This document shows, piece by piece, positions 1 to 11,413 of a stretch of DNA of 64,000 bases (position 1 is its first letter; each line of letters starts with the position of its first letter). The DNA comes from Octopus sinensis. Taxonomy: Eukaryota. The stretch is taken from NCBI RefSeq assembly GCF_006345805.1, contig NW_021832425.1, forward strand, positions 1-64,000, written 5' to 3'. The notes under the pieces were generated by a model. It saw only the letters and a program-made list of their open reading frames with translations, was not told the DNA's origin and did not search any database. The translations under genes and the position numbers were made by a program.

Positions 1-35
1 ATTCGAGGGTATGGCGGATTCGAGAGACTTTACTG
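1..35. mobile_element. Right end of a pogo/Tc1-type MITE
   Basis: ggattcgagagactttactg followed by TA (36-37). It truncates the adjacent integrase. A similar end (ggattcgagagagtttacgg|ta) lies at about 40088-40108. Confidence 0.45.
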
Positions 36-1028
36 TATTTGTATAATATTTGGTCCAAAATGTCCATCCATCTCGAAGATTGAGATTCAAAAAGACTTTT
101 TCCTAACCAGCGTTTAAGCGTCTGGTTAAATCGTTCGATCTGACCCTGGCTCTGAGGGTGTCTTGGCCTACCATAAATTGCCGTCACACGCCAATCTTGA
201 TAAATTTTTTGAATTTCGTTATTTCGAAATTCTTTTCCATTATCTGTATGCATAATTCTCGGAGGACCAAAAGTTCTGAATAGTTTTTGAATAATTGGAC
301 AAATCGGAGGAAAAGTTGCTAGGCGACGTGGGGAGCCTCGAGAAGTGTCATGGTTATTCCAACAAATTGGAATAGCTGTCGTTCGCGGCAATGCACACTC
401 CATCATGCGTGCAACCGCAAGTGCCTTTTAATCATTGACTAACTTATTTCAATAATTAAAGAAAAAAAAAATTGGACAAATGATCTTTGAATTTTTCTTT
501 TTAATTCCAAAAGACCAGGCAAATTTAGTGAAACAATCAATAATATTCAATTAATTCCATCATTATAATTGGATATCTTCTCATGTCTATACAATCCATC
601 ATGTATCGATCATATTTATCGGTAATATCTATTACATTTAAACTGTCTGTGGTTTTCAGAGAATTAAATGCAGAACACGATTGACAACCATTTACAAAAT
701 CTCTAATTACGGACTGTTTAATTCCCATGTATTTTGTCGAAATCAATTGTCGCATTTTGAAAATCCCAGGATGTCCTTGTATATGCTCATCATTTAAAAT
801 CGCTCGAATTTTTTCTTTTTCGAAAGAGCATAAAAACTTCTTTGGATTTTGGTTTGAGTTGCTTTTATAATATAATTGATCTTCGATAAGAAATAGCTTA
901 TCGCATTTTCTTCTAATAGATCTCTTAATGTGGTCTTCTGCATTTATTGGGTACTTTTTAAATCGTAAATAATCTTTTACTTCTTTCAATTGATTTTCCG
1001 ACTCAATTTTTAGTATCCTAACCATCAG
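36..1028 (-). pseudogene. Ginger/GIN-like DDE integrase (transposase) pseudogene, intronless
   Basis: HHCC zinc motif (HIQGHPG...CQSC), then IDCFTKFAW, FGPPRIMHTDNGKEFRN and GRPRHPQSQGQIERFNQTLK. Frameshift near 540 and a retro-insertion at 305-469. Confidence 0.85.
305..469 (+). mobile_element. 5'-truncated CRE-like non-LTR retrotransposon 3' end
   Basis: Encodes REVSWLFQQIGIAVVRGNAHSI*, has an A-rich tail and a 12-bp TSD aattggacaaat (293-304 / 470-481). Confidence 0.85.
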
Positions 1029-1172
1029 ACAAGAAAACGGAAACGTTTAATGATAAAACAATAATCATAAATTAAAATAAATAAATATTTTTTTAATTAA
1101 TTCCGTAAGATTTTCGGTTAAATCAATAAAAATCATAAGTTTTACAAATGATTAAAGATTATTAATGTAGAT

Positions 1173-2432
1173 CAGCGGTTCTCAACCTTTTTTAGACTGG
1201 GGACCACTTTTGCACTATAAAATTTTGTGGGGACCACCTTAAATAAAATAAACATTTTTTGGTATTAGCGCACAATTTTTGGCCTCGTCAGGGCCAGGTT
1301 TAGACATGTTCGAATATTTATTATAAAAATAACATGAACATTATGAAAATAACAGAAAATTTAATAGTAATTTAGTGAGATTTCTGATCTTGTTTGCTCA
1401 GAATAATTTTACTTATATCAGGCTCTATGTTCGACAAAGCTACTCGCATATCATCTTGTACCCGTAGTCTATTTCTATATTTTGTTTTTAGAAAAGTCAG
1501 ACACGACATCGCCATTTCACAGTGATAAGTAGTGGGGAATGCAAGTATTGATTCCAATGCAGTTTTACTCAAAATGGGGAATTCTTTCGCCATCTGACAC
1601 CTAACAATAAAAAGTAATTAATAATGAGAATACCAAAAATCTAATAATGAAGTACATTTGAAAATAATCTGAGCAGACTGATTACATTGAAGTTCAATCA
1701 AGCTCTGCTGAAAATTGAGTTCCTGATATTCTTTAAATGAGGTCAAGAAAGGTTGAACGATCCAGTTTGGAATTGGGTCTTCAACAGGAAAATAATCATC
1801 AAATTTTGTCTTGAGATTTTCCAGATGTTTGATTATCAGACTTAGAAGAACATTATCCGGTGGGTTGTGTCCGAGATGATATTCAAGCATTGGGAACATT
1901 GATGTTATTCCTTTTTTTATTTTCATTATTCGTTCTTTTGACATTAAAATATTCATGTGAGGAAGAATTTTCTGGGTGTACAGACTCTTTGTGGCGCCTA
2001 AGTTGAGAAGGCTTCAGTGAATTGTTTCCCAAAATTTTATGGCAAATCATGCATTTTGCCTTTATTTCATTATTTGGGGCAATGAATTTAGTGAATCCAA
2101 ATTGTACGTAAGAATCCGACCAAAGACGACGATTCTTGTTAACCACAACTAGAATGATAAACCACGCTAATCAAATCAGATTAATTTCAATGTTTTTGAT
2201 TTATACTTAATTGTACAATTAGTTTTAAATTTAATATATTGTTATTTTTCGAAAATTCCTGGGGACCACTAAAAATTTTCTGGGGACCACGATTGAGAAC
2301 CGCTTGATTAATTTCAATGTTTTTGATTTATACTTAATTGTACAATTAGTTTTAATTTTAATATATTTTTATTTTTCGAAAATTCCTGGGGACCACTAAA
2401 AATTTTCTAGGGACCACGGTTGAGAACCGCTG
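1173..2432 (-). mobile_element. hAT (Buster/ZBED/FAM200-like) internally deleted transposon
   Basis: TIR cagcggttctcaacc at both ends, 8-bp TSD atgtagat (1165-1172 / 2433-2440). BED finger CMIC..LRRHKESVH and C-terminal FPTTYHCEMAMS..KTKYRNRL; catalytic core deleted near 1895. Confidence 0.95.
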
Positions 2433-2551
2433 ATGTAGATCATCACCCCGGACGATATAAACTGCCCGGACGATATATATACGACATTCATTAATAACAG
2501 AAATACAGAATTTCATAATCGAGTGCAAATTAAAAGAGAAATCGGCCTGAA

Positions 2552-2965
2552 TGCTTAATAGACATTAGTCCCCTACTGGGATTGAACTGGCCTATAAGAA
2601 TCAACCAGGAATCGCTATACAATAGATGCAGAACTGGCCCTCTGAGTTGGAAATCGTCAATATGCGGTGGAGGTTATTTGGCCATATTCTACGAATGGAC
2701 ATGCTTGCCCCAGCTAACATAGCAATGGAGGGCTACTTCCTGAAAGAGGGATCGACTTCCGTGGACGTCCACGTTTACGCTGTGACACTTGACGGAGACC
2801 TGAAATGTGTGAAAAAAAGGCTAAGGAGTGGTGAGGATCTGGACGAGCTGACCTCGCTCACGACAGAGGAGTTGGAGGAGCTGGTTCAAGGATTGTTTTT
2901 AATGCTGCACGAGAAAATTATACTAATATGATTCTACGTATGTTGCAAATAATAATAATAATAAT
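2552..2965 (+). mobile_element. 5'-truncated RTE-clade LINE 3' end
   Basis: RWRLFGHILRM and GEDLDEL motifs, (AAT)n tail, 13-bp TSD aaatcggcctgaa (2539-2551 / 2966-2978). Confidence 0.9.
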
Positions 2966-3399
2966 AAATCGGCCTGAAAGATGCCGGGTCTCCTCTTGGT
3001 CTTCCAGGCTTCAGTATCGGTCTTATTAGGGCATGTTTTCATATTGACGGAATCACATTGTTGTTGATTGAATAGTTGAAAAGATGTTAGGAGCCTGACT
3101 CTTTGACACCAAGGTTTTTTAATAGAATGACCGGGATTTTATCCGGGCCGTGAGAATACGATGATTTTGTGGAGTGCAAGGCAAAGGTGAGCAAAGCAAG
3201 CTTTCTTAGCTGGTGTGTAGTGGGGTGAATATTTTTGTGGAGTGGGGTGAGCAAAGCAAGCTTTCTTGGCTTTTCCCGATGTTGGACTCTGGACCCAACG
3301 CAAGTGCGGAACGGACGGGGAACATTTTTTGTAAGGAATTGAATCGGGGTGATGTGCTTCTGGTTGCTAAAGTCTTGGTCTTTTGACAGTTGGTCCTGT

Positions 3400-4060
3400 T
3401 GAATGGCTAAGAAGACCTTTCCACCTTCCTTAAATAGGTGGTCAAGTGGGCTTGGAATAATATTGTTCAATTTGGAAATTGTCGTCGTTTGAGACTGCGA
3501 ATGGCAGCCCGGACGTCACCCACAGCTAGTTTGACACAAACACGATCATTCAGGGTGTCCTCCTGTGAGGTGTTCTTTTGTTATTGGGGAATGCTTGCGA
3601 TAAACATGGGGCAAGGTTGTTATTGGGTGCGAAGATTCTGTTGATGTTCTCTTTAATCAATTCTGCGAGAGGATGTGGATTTTCCCAGTGCGGATAAGGG
3701 TTCCGTGCGCCAGTGGGGCAAAACTGATTAGACGAGAGCATGCTACCCAACTATTAGACGTGAGACGTTGATGAAGGAAGTAAGACATTTGGAAACTTGT
3801 ATCTTTGCTGACTTTGGATTGCGATTGGAAATTTTCAAAGAACTTCGAAACCAGGACAGTTTGAAGAGGAATGAGTTGACGTCCAATTGACTAGGACTAC
3901 CTTGTTAAAAAATGGGTACTTTGCCATACACAATAAATGCTGAAGACGTCCATGTCTCCTCCTTTTTAACCATTAAACCCATCTGTTCCACACCATAAAA
4001 CACATCCCGTAAGAACATCTTCATGTGAGTGGCAATGTCTGGCAACTCTCTCTGCCTTAC
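3400..4060 (-). pseudogene. Decayed 5' part of a CRE-like element
   Basis: DTLNDRVCVKLAVGDVRAAIR matches DTLxERVNRKLLEGDVRAALR of the 27.7-kb copy. RLISFAP...LAELIKENI also aligns. Possible degenerate PHD finger at about 3930-4050. Confidence 0.55.
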
Positions 4061-4143
4061 TGCTTCTGAGTCACCAGACACCAGTTTTTATGTGACATTC
4101 TCTCTATTCAACGCTGTATTTAGAACCCTCGTGTCGTCATTTA

Positions 4144-4282
4144 CAGTGCCCCCAAAAAGTCATAGCACCACTTAATAAATTTTAGTATTTTACGTTTTTA
4201 CCCATAAAATATGAAGTATTTTGACTTTTAATTATTTTTTTGAAAAATTAAAGCATAACTCACTTTAAAATTTGAACGAACC
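4144..4282. mobile_element. Tc1-like left TIR remnant
   Basis: TA|cagtgcccccaaaaagtcatagcacc start; no partner TIR seen. Confidence 0.4.
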
Positions 4283-4284
4283 TA

Positions 4285-5734
4285 CAGTGGTGGTGAAAAA
4301 AACCGGTTTTGCAGTCACTAAGTTTTTTTAGCTTATAGCTATTAATTTTCCAAATGAAATAAAGAGTTTGAAGTTGATTATATGTATAATTTTTTCACTT
4401 TTGAAAATTTCAATAATCGGAAAATTTAAAAATTTGAATTTTAGCATGTGAATAAAAAACCGGTTTTAACAAAAAGAGTTAACAAAATCAACAGTTAGTA
4501 TGTTGTGTGGTATCCTCGATTAATAAATAGCTCGTATAACCTTTTAGGCATACTATCAATTAATTTCCAAATATTTTCAGATGGCAATTCGTTCCAAATT
4601 TTTTATTAATTTACTTCGAGATCAAGTTTATTTTTGCAAAATCTAGTGAATAATTTTGCTTCATCATGCTCCAAACATGTTCCATTGGGTTCATGTCTGG
4701 AGATTGCGGAGCCCAATCAAGAATTGGAACTTTATTTTCTTCAAAAAACTTGATTGTCAACGCAGATTGATGACAGGGAGCCAAGTCTTGTTGGAAAGTG
4801 AACTGATTTAGTCCCATTTTTCGCGCCGAAACAAACAAATTATTCGTTATTACATTTATATATTTAGCGGAATTGAGTGCTCCATTAACAAAAACTAAAT
4901 TGCCAACTCCTTGAAAGAAGATACAGCCCCAAACCATAACAATACCTCCACCAAATTTTACTGTCGGTGTTATATGACTCAATTCATAACATGAAATTTT
5001 TTTTCGATAACAGTATTGCCTTTTTTTAGTATGAAAAATCTGAAAAGATGTTTCATCAGAGAAAATAATAGTTTTCCATGCGTCATTGTTCATCCGAATA
5101 AAAATTTTTGACAATTCACATCTTTTTATTATGTTTTTCTTCGAAAGCAACGGTTTACTTTGACATACTCTTCCGAAGAGAAAATTTGAATTTAAATAAG
5201 TTCCAATTGTCTTTCTACAGACACTCTTACCAGTTAAATGTTTTATTTCATTTCTTAACGTGTTAGAAATTTTGTTGGATCGCACTCAATAAGATGTAAT
5301 AGGATTTCAATGTCTGTTTTCTGAAGCTTTTTATGACGTCCGGAATCAGAAATCCTATCAGCAGTTCCATATTTTTTGAATTTTCGAAAAAAATCTCCGA
5401 TTGTCGATTGTAAAGTATTTAGATGTTTTGCGATATCTTTTATCGTCAAATTTAACTCAAAAAGAGCAAGGATCTTTCCTTTAATTATTGCATTTAACAT
5501 TTGCTTATAAAACTTAAAATTCAACAAATAAAATATCATTCAATAAATCAAACCGGTTTTTTATTCACACGCAAAAATTTAAATTTTCAAAATTTTAAAC
5601 GATTAATGAAATTTTTATAAACAAAAAAATTATAAATCTAATAAACTCCAAAAAGTTCAATTCAGTTGGAAAATTGAATGCTATCTGCCAAAAAAACTTA
5701 GTAACTGCAAAACCGGTTTTTTCCTCCAGCACTG
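4285..5734 (-). mobile_element. Tc1 transposon (DD34E), near full length, frameshifted
   Basis: TA TSD and imperfect TIRs of about 190 bp with internal aaaaccggtttt direct repeats (IR/DR type). Motifs FSDET, QQDLAPCH, SPDMNPMEHVW with 34 residues between the second D and E. ORF split across 5539-5255 and 5285-4611. Confidence 0.95.
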
Positions 5735-6059
5735 TATATTTTTGTACTAAAAATTGACTTTTTTAATTCTTAAAAAAATATGCCGAATAAAATGAGGCAT
5801 TCAAAAATATCTATCAAAAAAGATTAAAAAATTGCTCATTTTAATTATTCAAATGTATTGTTTTTATCTGTAAAAAATCCAGTTCAATTAAAAAGACAAA
5901 TTTGTAGGATACAGTCAAACCTCTAAATCTCGCCATTTTTTGGGACCGACCAAATCGTGGCGATGTAGGCTATTATGCGTCTTTTTTCATTGAACGTCAG
6001 TCTAGTACACTTGCGCATGTTGGATGAAGCGTGGTTAAAATCTTAATAATAAAATGGTA

Positions 6060-6112
6060 TTGTGTGTGTCTGTCTGTCTGTCTGTCTTTGTGTCTGTCTG
6101 TCTGTCTGTGTG
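6060..6112. repeat. (TG)/(TGTC)n microsatellite at the Helitron 5' end
   Basis: Direct sequence; also present at 60405-60440. Confidence 0.9.
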
Positions 6113-6134
6113 TGCCACCAACTTCAAATTGGCA

Positions 6135-7300
6135 TACGATGTCCTCGACTTACATGATGAGGTCCTTAAAACCTTCCCCCCCAAAAAAATTAAAAAAAAA
6201 TTTTCTGCATTTTGGTTAAAATGAACAACTACAATGTCCTCGACTTACATGATGAAGTCCTTAAAACCTTCCCCCCAAACAAATTAAAAAAAATTTTCTG
6301 CATTTTGGTTAAAATGAACAACTACAATGTCCTCGACTTACATGATGAAGTCCTTAAAACCTTCCCCCCAAAAAATTAAAAAAAAATTTCTGCATTTTGG
6401 TTAAAATGAACAACTACAATGTCCTCGACTTACATGATGAAGTCCTTAAAACTTCCCCCCAAAAAAAATTAAAAAAAAAATTTCTGCATTTTGGTTAAAA
6501 TGAACAACTACAATGTCCTCGACTTACATGATGAAGTCCTTAAAACCTTCCCCCCCAAAAAAAATAAAAAAAAATTTTCTGCATTTTGGTTAAAATGAAC
6601 AACTACAATGTCCTCGACTTACATGATGAAGTCCTTAAAACCTTCCCCCCAAAAAAATTAAAAAAAAATTTTCTGCATTTTGGTTAAAATGAACAACTAC
6701 AATGTCCTCGACTTACATGATGAAGTCCTTAAAACCTTCCCCCCCAAAAAAATTAAAAAAAAAATTTTCTGCATTTTGGTTAAAATGAACAACTACAATG
6801 TCCTCGACTTACATGATGAAGTCCTTAAAACCTTCCCCCCCAAAAAATTAAAAAAAATTTTCTGCATTTTGGTTAAAATGAACAACTACAATGTCCTCGA
6901 CTTACATGATGAAGTCCTTAAAACCTTCCCCCCCAAAAAAATTAAAAAAAAATTTTCTGCATTTTGGTTAAAATGAACAACTACAATGTCCTCGACTTAC
7001 ATGATGAAGTCCTTAAAACCTTCCCCCCCAAAAAAAATAAAAAAAAATTTTCTGCATTTTGGTTAAAATGAACAACTACAATGTCCTCAACTTACATGAT
7101 GAAGTCCTTAAAACCTTCCCCCCCAAAAAAAATTAAAAAAAAATTTTCTGCATTTTGGTTAAAATGAACAACTACAATGTCCTCGACTTACATGATGAAG
7201 TCCTTAAAACCTTTCCCCCAAAAAATCAAAAAATTATTTTCTGCATTTTGATTAAAATGAACAACGCGAATGTCCTCGACATTCATGATGAGGTCCATTA
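6135..7300 (+). repeat. Tandem array of about 13 units of 92-96 bp
   Basis: Unit aatgtcctcgacttacatgatgaagtccttaaaacctt(C)n(A)n..ttttctgcattttggttaaaatgaacaactac. Units differ mainly in homopolymer length; the last unit is divergent. Confidence 0.97.
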
Positions 7301-7514
7301 AAAAATCTCACGTATTAAGAATATCCTTGATGAAAACGACAGCGAGAATATTAACAATGATGAACTCCCAATTATTCGCGATAAAGAAATTCAATTCATC
7401 CTATGTTTTTCTCTTTAAAATTAAATGCATATATCATTATCGACCATGAATCAAAATTAAAGCTATTATCATATTTGACTTTGACAGAATGTGCAATCAC
7501 AGATTGCACGACTT

Positions 7515-7712
7515 TGAATAGAGTGTGCAATTAACAGATTTTGAAAAACCACTTTGATAGTTGAAACCACATTAGCACAATCATTAACACAATTTACCAC
7601 CAATTGACGCACGACCTTGAATAGAGTGTGCAATTAACAGATTTTGAAAAACACTTTGATAGTTGAAACCACATTAGCACAACCATTAACACAATTTACC
7701 ACCAATTGACAG
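7515..7712 (+). repeat. Second Helitron-internal tandem repeat (about 104 bp, 2 units)
   Basis: gtgtgcaattaacagattttgaaaa..ccaattgac repeated; 3 units in copy 2. Confidence 0.85.
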
Positions 7713-8086
7713 CGCAATCAGAAGAATTTGCGTAAAAAATTAACTATTTACTTGAGTTTTTCGTAAAGATAGAATTTATTTTCGGTATGCCTCTTTTCCT
7801 AAACTTTTTTATTATTCAAAAATAATTTTTTAAATAGATAACCGAAGGAGGAAAACGAAGCTGAAGAAAAAACGGTCAGCTTAATAAGGTAATTAATTAA
7901 ATCTTTTTTGTGTGTCGCTTTTTTGTGTGTCGCTTTCTTGCCTGCCGCATTTCCGCCTGCCGCATCTCCCCCTGCCCCATTTCCGCCAGTAAAAAACAAA
8001 AAAAGAAAAAAAAAGAAATTACAAAGGAAAAATGAAAAAATTAAATATAAAAAAAAATAAACCACAAAAATGAAAAAAAGTGTGCA

Positions 8087-8281
8087 ATGACAATAAACAA
8101 GGCCCAGGGACAGTCATTAAAGGTAGTTGGGTTATTTTTAGAGAGTGAGTGCTTTTCACATGGACAGCTGTATGTGGGATGCTCGAGGGTAGGCAGAAGA
8201 AGAAAATTTATTCATATATGCCAAGGAAGGACGGACGACAAACATCGTTTATCAACAGGCGATAGAATAGGGTTACATTAA
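8087..8281 (+). pseudogene. Helitron PIF1 helicase C-terminal fragment
   Basis: [15 protein letters not shown]....[13 protein letters not shown] motif. Confidence 0.9.
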
Positions 8282-9718
8282 ACCAGGTAGTTTTATACAT
8301 CTACATAAACTATAGTTGTTTGATGAAACAGGCCCTCCGCAGGAGCTAGGTCGCGGTGAGCGAAGCGAGCTGCCGAGCTAGTATTTTATATTTAAAGTCA
8401 GTTTAACCAAAAAAATTTTTTTTAATAATTAAAAATAGTGGCGAGATTTAGAATTTGGCGAGCAATAGAGGTTTCTTTAGAAATTCTCAATTTTTTTGAA
8501 AAAATGTGGCGAGCAATAGAGGTTTGACTGTATTTCTATTTTAATGTTAATAAATAATTGTTATTTAAATGTTTAAGCAAGGTCAAATCATTCAATTGGG
8601 AAATTAAAATAATTCTGTTTGTGAATATGATTAATAAATAGGGTGAAAAGTATGTTATGGATGTTAGAGTACGGCTGTTCGATTCGAAAAGGAAGCAACT
8701 TTCCGCTGGGGTAAGTCTCGTCACCGTTCCCCATCCATGAGGAGAGTCCTTCTGACACGACACAGTTGTAGAAAGGGGATATCCTGCTTTCTCCGATCAC
8801 TAGGCAGAACTAAGTTAAAAAAGTTAAAATTTAATAATAGTAAATATTTTATTATAAATAAATGTATATTAAACAACGTTATTTGGTTAAAAAGTTAAAA
8901 TTATAAAGTTAAAAATATTTTAACCTTATAAATCAACATATTTTTAATTAGTTCTTAAATTATACTTGTCGAGTTAATTTGATCAAACCTGTTTATGTTG
9001 TTTTTTTTATTTTAAACTACGTCTTTAGCAGAAAAAAGCAATCAGAAATGATAGGAAAAGCCGAGACGGGCCTTTTTAGCAACAAAAACGACTGTCACAG
9101 ATCTCACGAATAAAATTTTTTGTTTTTCCCGTCCATTGCGGACGTTTCGACTAACATAGAACTGAACAATTTTCCGAAAGATAAGTATTTTTTTTCTTTA
9201 TGCGTTTTTGGCGCCGTTGGTTGGATGAAACGGATTCGAACCGGTCAAGATAATGTCGACGGTAAAAAGATAAATTTTAAAATTTCTTGAAACCAAAAAT
9301 TGGTTTAAACTTGATAAAAAGTGAAACTGTAAGATATAAATAAAAAAGTAATCTCAAAGTCTGAATTGCTGAATAATCCATTGATGAACAGCAGTCGGAA
9401 AGTCGTTGTTAAAGTTTAAAAATCACCTGGAATTTTAGAGAAACGGAAATAGAATTGAAGCATTCCCTAATTTGGAAATTTATCAAGTGAAATCGGACTT
9501 CACTCAACGGAACAAGGTTCTCCTAATTTTGTTATTTGAGGATGCGTCTTTGATTGATGCAGCCTACATTTTGGCGTATTCTTCAAACATTTTGTACTTA
9601 AAAAAACTGGAACATACTTTTTCGCCACTGAAGAAATGTCTGCAGTCATGTTAAAATCTCTTTGTAGATTCTTTTAGTTTTTATTTTCTTAGGCTATGTG
9701 ACACAGATTATTTGATTG

Positions 9719-10788
9719 TCACCCTGTGCTGACATTTTCTTCCTCTTGGCCAGATCCTCGACTAGATTCAGATGCATGCATTGCATTCAAGAAAGACTCG
9801 TGATCAATGAAAATTTGTTTGTTTACCTCACTTGGCTCCGAGTGTATGAAATACAAAGTACAAGCATTCACAATGGCAGCTTCATAAGGGGTGTTGATTC
9901 TGGTTAAAAATAATCTCTTGTCTACAACTAGAGACACTAGTGTAGACAAGAATGTATAAAAGGCGGGAAGTTTGGATGCCGACAAAATACTTGATGACAC
10001 CAGCCCCAAAGCATCCTGATAGACGATGGGTACAAGGTTAGAGTTATAATGGCGGAATATTGTCCTTACTTGGATGGACTCGTCAATTAATTCTTGGGTT
10101 CCCAAGCAAAAATATATAATGTGGCTGCTTTCTTTCCACTTCTCACATAATGTACAGACCCTCTCTGCCAGAGCGTTGGACCGATTAAATAAGGTAACCA
10201 AGCCCAATCTGATAGGCGAGTGACGATATACATTTGGAGGAAGCAATGTCATATCCAGGATGGCTCCGATTTTATCCAATTCGCACCCCTGAGAGTACGA
10301 TGAGTAAAAGTGTGACATCCCATACGCATCAATCCTGTACTTCCTATCCATGTTCGGTGGAAACAATGCTTGTGCCGCTTCCTTGTATCTACTTATCACG
10401 CGCTCTTTATCGGCTGCGCTGCTGTCCTTAATGGCGTAATAACGGATGGAGAAGAACTCAAGCATCATTGCATATACAATCTCATTGTAAATGTTCTTGA
10501 TAGTTTGAGGATTATCTTCACCGGTTCGAGCAGTTAGTTGCCGTAATTCATGAGCACGGCGTTTGTATTCAAGCCAATTCTACCGTCTGAGTGCCTCGTC
10601 GTAATTTCAATATTATTCATTGAAATATAATGCAAATCACTGTGGACCAAGAATTTGTATGTTAACAATACCAAGGCGTTGATATTGAGGACATCTTCAT
10701 TGGGTACACAATTCAGCAACGCGGATGCACAGACACTAGACTGATAAGTTGTAGATAACGCAATAGTATCAATGGACGAGCAAAACAT
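9719..10788 (-). CDS. Orphan protein-coding region, function unknown (one frameshift or micro-intron near 10580)
   Basis: A 286-codon stop-free frame (10579-9719) plus an upstream 84-aa ORF, with higher GC than the flanks. No family recognised. Confidence 0.55.
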
Positions 10789-11413
10789 CCCAGAAATAGA
10801 ATAAGTTATTTGACATATATTATGTCACGAGCCTAGGTTGTTACCGAGCCTAGGTCGTGACATTTCGCTTATTTTCTATAAAGATTAAAATTAATTTATC
10901 CCTAATCCTAATAAAATTATTCTTAATATTTAAAATTAATCTATTAAATATTAAAACAAAAATATCCGGATAACCATACATCTGTAATTGTAATATATAT
11001 AAAGGCGTGTTTCTTGTGTGTTACTTATGTCGCGTTCTTTTGTAAGAGATATGGATGAGTATCGATTGCGTGTTCATGGGTGTTCATCAGTCAAAACATT
11101 CATTTAAAATTGGAGATAAGGTAAACTCAAATTATTCTAAATTGTAGATAAGGATTCAAAAGGACTATGGTACCAATCCTTCACTTGCACTCAAGAAATT
11201 CGAAAGTCCATACGGAGAAGTTTGTACAATAAGTGAAATCCTCCCGCATAATATGGTCAGAGTTGAAATGGACGATGGAACTACTAAGAAGACGCTTATG
11301 AAAAGAATTAAAAAATTTAAATAACATAATTTGTCTTGATTATTTTGTTAATAAAAAAATTTAAATCCTAATTAGCAGAGAAACATTTATAGCCGAACAT
11401 TCAAATAGACAAA

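Larger units (their letters stand above)
6041..8381 (+). mobile_element. Non-autonomous Helitron, copy 1
   Basis: 5' TC, 3' GC-rich hairpin plus CTAG, inserted between A (6040) and T (8382) with no TSD. Carries a PIF1 helicase C-terminal remnant. Confidence 0.9.
5912..8530. mobile_element. pogo-type MITE (about 280 bp of own sequence) interrupted by a Helitron
   Basis: TIR cagtcaaacctcta / tagaggtttgactg with TA TSD on both sides. Confidence 0.85.

Noticed and set aside
6135-7300. CRISPR-like array, or a protein-coding repeat (ORFs 6680-6976, 60398-60830)
   Set aside because: There are no unique spacers, and units differ only in homopolymer length. The frame changes between units, the context is eukaryotic, and no cas genes are present.
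7799-8065. 88-aa hydrophobic ORF on the minus strand of the Helitron
   Set aside because: It arises from low-complexity A/T runs and short repeats.
8590-8800. Small ORFs, possibly a very decayed CRE RLE piece
   Set aside because: The similarity (EKAGYP, GLS..G..., SGKLL) is too weak and is spread over different frames.
9228-9246. tRNA T-loop/B-box-like GGTTCGAATCC on the minus strand
   Set aside because: No A-box, D-arm or acceptor stem upstream; it does not fold as a tRNA.
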